Shown here in pieces: positions 50,610 to 58,749 of a stretch of 58,749 nt of DNA. This DNA is from Octopus sinensis. Lineage: Eukaryota. Each line of letters opens with the position of its first letter. Positions within the stretch are counted from its first letter, which is position 1. A program made the translations under genes and the position numbers. Below the pieces are notes generated by a model that was not told where the DNA came from, searched no databases, and saw only the letters and a list, made by a program, of their open reading frames with translations. The DNA lies in NCBI RefSeq assembly GCF_006345805.1, contig NW_021833002.1:1-58749 (forward strand), read 5' to 3'.

Positions 50610-50760
50610 TGCAAAGTGCTGGACTGGCAAAGTCGTTAGAGCGTCGGGTAGGATTCTTTACTCTATTTCATCTCAGTTCAAATTCCACTCAGGTCGCCTT
50701 CCTTTCTTTTTTTTTTTTTTTCAAGGATCGATAAAAGTACTGAGGTCGATTTTCTCCCTT
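50610..50760 (+). mobile_element. Degenerate SINE family C
   Basis: GGACTGGCAAAGTCGTTAGAGCGTCGG...CAGTTCAAATTCCACTCAGGTCGCCTT...TCGATAAAAGTAC. Confidence 0.6.
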
Positions 50761-50782
50761 TTTCTCATCTATCTGTCTAACT

Positions 50783-50838
<56 letters not shown>

Positions 50839-51361
50839 GCAGGCAGGCAGACAGGCAGGCAGGCAGGCAGATTGATATAGGGACAGAGAGATCATACTAC
50901 GTTGTAAGAAGGGGCGTGAGTAGAGGTAGATTGTAAGAACTCCTCGTAAGAAAAAATGATATTCCACTCGAACCGTCCAATAATGAAGAAAAAAGTTATT
51001 AAAAACAAGACAAAACTGAACAAGTTTAATGTGAGCAGCCTGTGGCCTCATATCCAAGACATCCACTGAATATGGCATCATTATTTTCGGTGTATGTTCT
51101 TTTATCACCTCTGTTAGTCTTCATCCCTTTCTCGTACATAGATCTTTTTTTGCCTCTCCTCTTCGTAATCATTTCTCTTCTATCAAAATCTAAAGGCTCA
51201 CATTCTGATAAATAGAAATTATTTTTCTTTCGGTAGACTTTTAAGTGTTTTATCTATCAATCTATTTATTACATTTCAAATACTAAGTTTGAACTGTAAC
51301 TACCTGTCTGGAATATCGACTTTGCAGGACAATTATAGAAAATATTTTGTTTTGAGGGCGT

Positions 51362-51432
<71 letters not shown>

Positions 51433-51433
51433 T

Positions 51434-51472
<39 letters not shown>

Positions 51473-51475
<3 letters not shown>

Positions 51476-51901
51476 TCTTTTATTCTTTTATTCTTTTACT
51501 TGTTTCAGTCATTTGACTGCGGCCATGCTGGAGCACCGCCTTTAATCGAGCAACTCGACCCTGAGACTTGTTCTTTGTAAGCCCAGTACTTATTCTATCG
51601 GTCTCTTTGCCGAACCGCTAAGTGACGGGGACGTAAGCACACCAGCATCGGTTTTCAAACAATGCTAGGGGGACAAACACAGACACACAAATATACACAC
51701 ACATGCATATATATATATATATATATATTACATATATACGACAGGCTTCTTTCAGTTTCCGTCTACCAAATCCACTCACAAGGCATTAGTCGGCCCGAGG
51801 CTATAGCAGAAGACACTTGCCCAAGATGCCACGCAGTGGGACTGAACCCGGAACCATGTGGTTGGTAAGCAAGCTACTTACCACACAGCCACTCCTGCGC
51901 C
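51473..51901 (-). mobile_element. Intact SINE family A (uninterrupted reference for the split copy)
   Basis: A box TGGCTGTGTGG, B box GGTTCAGTCCC, CORE-like segment, internal (TA)/(CA) microsatellite and (AATAAAAG)n tail. The site TAAGCAAGCTACTTACCACAC occurs only once. Confidence 0.92.
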
Positions 51902-52273
51902 TCTGAGCGAAGTACAAACAGTAGCCGCACGACATCGTGAAGTATATTTGCCACCTAAATGTGGCTAACCCTTAAGGGTTTATGCTACTGTAGCTTGTAG
52001 CCCCAGGAAGACATCTCCTCCAGCTGGCTATTGACACACTTTCTGTGCCCTATCAGTATTTGCAAAAGGAAGTTATCGTTCCCATCTCCAACCTGACGTG
52101 ATACACACGGCCCCGAGTTTCTGGGTATTGACCTGTCATCAGCGTATGACAACCACCGGTTGGCGATGGGAAGTGATTCTCAATGCAAATATATATACTT
52201 TTTCCAGTGACGAAAAGTCACTGATCTCGAAAAAGTGAAAAAAGCAATAATAAATCTCTGAGCGAGATATATA

Positions 52274-52362
<89 letters not shown>

Positions 52363-54605
52363 ATGTATGTAGTATGTATGTATGTATGTTGTATGTATGT
52401 ATGTATAAAGAAATGAGGGAAACGGAAAATGGAATTCATGAAATTCTTTATTAATCACAATGATCGTTTCGACCCATCTTGCATTGGTCCCTTGCGGGAC
52501 TATACAACCGGTCGTGTTGCGTCCCCTGGTGTAGATATATCACGTCAGGTGAGGTAGGCAGGTGAGTTTGTAGGTATGTAGGTGAAAAGGCGGGTAGCTA
52601 GATAGAAAGTAGGTAGATATGTATTACAAAAAGTTTATTATTAATCTATTTAATAATGATGTCCTTATTGGGTGCCCAGAGTGTCATAAGAGTAGAATAT
52701 CACAATGTTACAAAATCATAACTCATTTTTATAAAGTCCTCAGTTAAATTGTAAAATTGTAAAATCTCAAATTTATTTGACGTGTTATGACGGCGCTAAA
52801 TAAAATTTCAACTGGATTTAAACAGACCAATCCTTGTCTTGGATGTCCCAGGTCCTTCAAAGATTTACCTTAATATAATATGCAACTATTCTTCTTCCCC
52901 ACCCCACCAAATTCCCGGACTTTTACCAAACATAGGACACAATCTTTACAATAAATATTGTCCCGTTTCCTCAATCAGTAATTTGATCATTCCACCGGGT
53001 TAGTCATATAGATTTCATGAAATCCAGGTTTGCGGGATATTCCCATTGATTTTCGGAATGAGTCTGTAATCATTGACTGTCCATTCCAGCTTGTAGAATT
53101 CTTGAAATGGTCTGAAACAAACAACTCCACACTATTCATGCTGTGTTTAGTTGAGGTATTCGTTCTTATCACTTCCCCCCGCCCCTATTGTTACAATACC
53201 GCTACAGCCGTCTCCCTTGTTTGAACATCTTCAAGATCACTTCCGGTTGTAGAATTTTGACAGCGTGAAGTTGTTGTTGCTGTTGCTGCTACTGCTGCTT
53301 CTGTCGTTTAACCCCAGGTCAGCTGTGATCTAATAAGTGTATGATCCAATGCGTTCTAGCCTTGACTGCCAGGTCATTTTCGTATGTCAAAGACTGAATC
53401 CTTTATTTTAAAACTATGGAGAATAATTTCAGGAAGATTTGGCGGCTCTTTCGACTAAGTCAAGCAACCTCGTCGAAGCTGCGCCGTTGGCACGTTGTGA
53501 AGTTTCCGGTTGTATCCCGGATCCCTTCAACATGCTTTTCATATCCAGTCAATATATTTATCTTGTAAAGATCGCCATGCATAACTGTGGGTGTTGCTAT
53601 GTGCTGTTGTGGAGTTCATCCAGTACAGAATCAGCTTTTAATTTCGAATATTCACGATGAGATGGATATATTGTAAAAACCTCTTCCGCTCTCTCTTTCT
53701 CTCTCCCCTCTCTCATTTTTATCTCTCCCTCTCTCTCCGTCTCTCTCCTTCTTTCTCTCCCGCTCTCCTTCTCACTCTCTCTGAACGTATATTTCTCTCA
53801 CTTTCTTTCTCTCTTTCCTTCCATCTTTCTCTCTCCTCTTCCTCCTTCTCTTTCCCTCCCCTTTCTCTTTCTCTCCTTCTCTCTTTCCCCTCTATCTCTC
53901 TCCTTTCTCTCTCTCTTTCCCTCCCTCTCTCTTTTTTACTCGCGCTCTCTCCTTCTCTCGCTCTCTCTTTCTCTTTCTCCTTCTTTCACTCCTTCTCTTC
54001 CTCTTTCTCTCCTTGATAAGAGTCTACTACGAGTTTGAATACTTGTGATGTATCCTGCAGTGTTAAACATGAAGATTCTTCACTATTACTTGTACCTTTC
54101 TTATCTCCCTTGGCAATCTGAAAAACCCTATTCTGTGTCGTCGTTGTTGTTGTTGGTGGTGTTACGTTGCCCTAATGTAGCCCTGATTCAACAGACACAT
54201 CATCAATAACAATCAAGGTATGAGCATCTTTTCTTATGTAATTGTAAGTATATTAACCACTGCCTACCTTCATCTCGATCAGTGGTTTTCAACCAGGGTC
54301 CACACGGCCCTTGAGGGTTCACTTAAGATTCTGTTCATTAAAAATTAACTGCAATAAATTGGTTATACTTGTACAATACACAAAATATTTTAATTATTTT
54401 TATATAATTCCTGATATTATCTAATTATAGAAATTCAGTGAAGATTTCATATGTGTGTGTGTGTACATACATACATACATACACATATATATATATACAC
54501 ATATAATAATAACGTTAGCAACCACAAGCGTTATAGACAAGTTAATAATTATAAATAAGATATATAAATATATATGTATATATACTACGGTACTACATAC
54601 AAATA

Positions 54606-54677
54606 GAAGTCAAAATACTTCTAAGCCACCGAAGAATCTTCAGTGGCTTAGAAGTGGCATAGAAGTATTTTGACTTC
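54606..54677. repeat. Nested fold-back inverted repeat
   Basis: GAAGTCAAAATACTTCTAAGCCA pairs with either GTGGCTTAGAAG (inner) or TGGCATAGAAGTATTTTGACTTC (outer). Confidence 0.85.
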
Positions 54678-55102
54678 AAAATAGTTGAGAAGCGCTGTTC
54701 TGAGTCCACAAGTATTGGTTTGAAGAAGATTTGGCAACGATTCCTGGCGGGGCAACCGTTCACGAAGTGCCTTCCTATTTCTTTCTTGGCGTCATGGAAA
54801 GTATTTTACTTTGTACCCAAGTTTTCCTCTTTTTTGCAAACCCTTTTCTCTCAATTATGAGGTATTCGATTATGAGTTGCTCAGAACAATATTGAAGTGT
54901 CTTTTACCGAAAATATGACTGTAAAGATTTGAGGAAGTTCAGGTTTTGAGATTGCTGTTCGCTAGGTTGAGAGTTCGATTAACAGGCAGGTTAGTACATT
55001 GTGTCCTTGAGCAAGGTTACATATACATACATGCAAGCATCAATACATAGATATATACATACATGCATACATATATGCATATATATATATATATATATAT
55101 AT

Positions 55103-55156
<54 letters not shown>

Positions 55157-55167
55157 CATATATATAT

Positions 55168-55200
<33 letters not shown>

Positions 55201-55392
55201 TATATATATATATGCATGTTTACATGCACATATATATACATATATACGTATATACAATATATATGACTACGGTTCTTTGCAATGAAGTAATGTTCTCATT
55301 CTTCTATTAAAGAAATGTTCAAGTAACAGCTGTTATGAGCTGAAAATTGTCCATCGTCTGCTATTATTCATTTATTCATACTTATGTACATG

Positions 55393-55592
55393 TATTCTTT
55401 TATTTGTTTCAGTCACTTGACTGAGGCCATGCTGGAGTACCGCCTTTAGTCGAACAAATCGACCACAGGACTTATTCTTTGTAAGCCTAATACTTATTAT
55501 ATCGGTCTCTTCCGCAGAACAGCAAATTTACGGAGACGTAAACACACCACCATCAGTTGTCAAGCGATGGTGGAAGGACAAACACAGACACA

Positions 55593-55638
<46 letters not shown>

Positions 55639-55670
55639 CACGCACGCAAACATACACACACGCGCGCGCG

Positions 55671-55710
<40 letters not shown>

Positions 55711-55860
55711 TACATATACGACGCGCTTCTTTCAGTTTCCCCTCTACTGAATCCACTCACAAGGCTTTGATCGGCCCGAGGCCATTGTAGAAGACACTTG
55801 CTCAAAGTGCCACGCAGTAGGACTGAACCCGGAACCATGTGGTTGATAAGCAAGCTACTT
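55393..55860 (-). mobile_element. SINE family A lacking the first 22 nt
   Basis: Colinear with 51473-51879. It stops at ...AAGCAAGCTACTT|GTGTG. Confidence 0.88.
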
Positions 55861-55980
55861 GTGTGTGTGTGTGTTTGTGTGTACTCACATGTTGTCCCGT
55901 ACTTGTTTCTCGTTGTGTTTACGTATTTTTCACTCGTTGGTGATGTCCTGTACTTAATGTGTATTTTTATTTATACATAT

Positions 55981-56028
<48 letters not shown>

Positions 56029-56033
56029 GCATA

Positions 56034-56340
56034 TATCACCGTGATCACCGTGGCCGACCAGGTTCTCAGATGTTGCTACACACCGCTGGTCACAATGCAC
56101 TTCGCATTGTTTTAGCCTTTAAGTGACGCCACCCTGCTGGCTAAGCGAGCAGGCCAACAGAAGAAAGAATGAGAGAAAGTTGTGGCGAAAGAGTACAGCA
56201 GGGAACGCCACCACCTCCTGTCGGAGCCTCGTGGAGCTTTAGGTGTTTTCGCTCAATAAACACTCACAACGGCCGGTCTGGGAATCGAAACCGCGATCCC
56301 TACGACCACGAGTCCTAACCACAAGGCCATTGCTCCGCCA
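56034..56340 (-). mobile_element. tRNA-derived SINE family D
   Basis: Minus strand GGCGGAGCAATGGCCTTGTGGTTAGG (A box) and GGTTTCGATTCCC (B box). Its 3' segment GAAGTGCATTGTGACCAGCGGTGTGTA is also found at about 29838-29870 on the plus strand. Confidence 0.85.
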
Positions 56341-56368
56341 CATATACATATATATACATATACCCACA

Positions 56369-56424
<56 letters not shown>

Positions 56425-56473
56425 CCACACACACACACATATTTATTTGTATATGTATATACATACATACATC

Positions 56474-56584
<111 letters not shown>

Positions 56585-56868
56585 TATATATATATATACT
56601 ATATATATATCTATATATATATTATATATATATATATATAATATATATATATATATATAATATATATATATTTTGTTGAAATAGAAGATGAATTTTCTTG
56701 TTACAGATTATTCAAAAGTTTAACCGATACCTGGGTAGCAAAATCACAGCAGAAAATACACGGTTGAGATAAGACCATTTGGTGTTGCAACCGTGCGTTG
56801 GTGCGGATAATTGAAGTTTAATATTATTATTGAATGGAAGAAATAGCGTTGAACGAAGATTGTACAGA

Positions 56869-56923
<55 letters not shown>

Positions 56924-57009
56924 GTATGTATGTATTAAATATGTATAACATATACATATACATGTATAATATATATGATATATATCTGAATATATATGTG
57001 GATAGATTG

Positions 57010-57347
57010 ATACATACATACATACATACATACATACATACATACACACATACATACATACACACACACATAAATACACACATATATACATACACACACA
57101 TACATAGGTACATACATACATACATACATACATAATACATACACACACATACATACATACATACATACATACATAATACATACACACACATACATACATA
57201 CATACATACATACATGCATGCATGCATACATGCATACATACATACATACATACATACATACATACATGCATACATGCATACATACATGCATGCATGCATA
57301 CATGCATACATACATACATACATATATAATACATACACACACATACA

Positions 57348-57381
<34 letters not shown>

Positions 57382-57544
57382 ATACATACACACACATACA
57401 TACATACATACATACATACATACATACATGCATACATACATACATACATATATAATACATACCACACATACATACTACATACATACATACATACATACAT
57501 ACATACATACACACACACATACATACATACATACATACATACAT

Positions 57545-57575
<31 letters not shown>

Positions 57576-57927
57576 TACATACATACATACATACATACAT
57601 ACATACATACATACATACATACATACATACATACATACATGCATACATGCATACAAACATACATACATACATACATGCATGCATGCATACATGCATACAT
57701 ACATACATACATACATACATACATACATACATACATGCATACATGCATACATACATGCATGCATGCATACATGCATACATACATACATACATACATATAT
57801 AATACATACACACACATACATACATACATACATACATACATACATACATACATACATACACACACACATACATACATACATACATACATACATACATACA
57901 TACATACATACATACATACATACATGT
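57010..57927. repeat. Compound (CATA)n/(CATG)n/(CA)n satellite of about 0.9 kb with higher-order block duplications
   Basis: Directly visible. The variant block CATATATAATACATACACACAC recurs several times. Confidence 0.95.
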
Positions 57928-58478
57928 ATGTGTAACCTTGCTCGAGGACTCAATGTACCCACCTGCCTGCTAATCGACCTCACTACCTAACGAACGGCAA
58001 TCCCCAAACCTGTTCCTCCCCACATCGTCACACTCACATATTCGGTAAGAAAACACCTCAGCTTCTGCTGTGTGGACACCTCATAAGGTACGTCATAATT
58101 ATACGTAGTGGTGTATTTTTCATCAAAAATTCTCAACAAATCTTCCTTTATTAATTATTTGGAGCAACTACGTAAGTTTATAAAGACGGATATAGTTAAT
58201 ATGATCGATTCAATCCCGTGAAGGTGGTGCCACAGCTTGGCCGCTGTCCGGTGAGTGAAAGTAGTAAAAGAATCCTGGTTTTCTCTCAAACTTTCCAAAC
58301 GTTGAACAGAAACAAAAGTTTGAGAAAGGACCAAGCTTACTGCGCGCATCCCCACACTCACACACATCTGCACACACATGCACACCCGCGCACACCCGCC
58401 GCACACCCGCGCACACCCGCGCACACCCGCCGCACACGCGCACCAACATTCATATGTACATACAAATACATACACCCT

Positions 58479-58543
<65 letters not shown>

Positions 58544-58749
58544 GCACACAGACACCTAATATAATGAAGAAAATATGACATAATGACACTCCACCGTTTC
58601 TAGACACCATTTTACAAACGCACAAACTTACGTAATTCCTCTTCTCTCCCTCTCTCTTTCCCTCTGTCCCTCTCTTTATATATCTACCTATCTATCACTT
58701 TATCTATCTGACTAGCTTCCTGAGTCTCTAGTGCATTCCTCTATCTCCT

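Noticed and set aside
54181-54218. Apparent 37-nt exon (PDSTDTSSITIK) with AAG|GTATGA
   Set aside because: It resembles the dispersed repeat seen at 37400-37450 and 53310-53370 (CCCCAGGTCAGCCCTGATC...ATCAAAGG) and has a poor acceptor tract.
56712-57990. Very long ORFs (up to 423 aa) of MYVC/HTYI repeats, and the many similar YI, LS, CV and poly-N/Y/L/I ORFs elsewhere
   Set aside because: They are translations of (TACA)n, (TA)n, (CT)n, (GT)n and (AAT)n microsatellites that lack stop codons by construction.
58200-58275. Apparent exon ending CCG|GTGAGT
   Set aside because: The sequence matches the degenerate SINE tail GAAGGTGGTGCTCCAGCATGGCCGCAGTC...AGTAAAAGA.

Overview
This is very AT-rich, microsatellite-dense animal genomic DNA. 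The SINE, Dong/R4 and Penelope repertoire points to a coleoid cephalopod, probably Octopus (inference). No intact, recognisable host gene, rRNA, true tRNA gene or CRISPR array is supported, and most long ORFs in the track are translated microsatellites. The window contains: (1) several tRNA-derived SINE families; (2) a 2.27-kb Tx1/L1-type element carrying only ORF1 (RRM-like region plus CCHC knuckle), inserted with a perfect 15-bp target-site duplication into the tRNA-like head of a SINE, which is the most interesting object here; (3) two clusters of (AAT)n-associated R4/Dong-like non-LTR retrotransposon remnants (28.1-29.6 kb minus, 38.3-45.6 kb plus) from about four subfamilies, plus a non-coding 550-bp passenger; (4) four decayed Tc1/mariner transposons; (5) Penelope-like remnants, including a hammerhead-like motif and a 560-bp partial-tandem plus inverted structure; (6) several fold-back hairpins; and (7) a few small plus-strand exon candidates, including a 12/15-nt microexon, suggesting most of the window is intronic. 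Ends of decayed elements are approximate.
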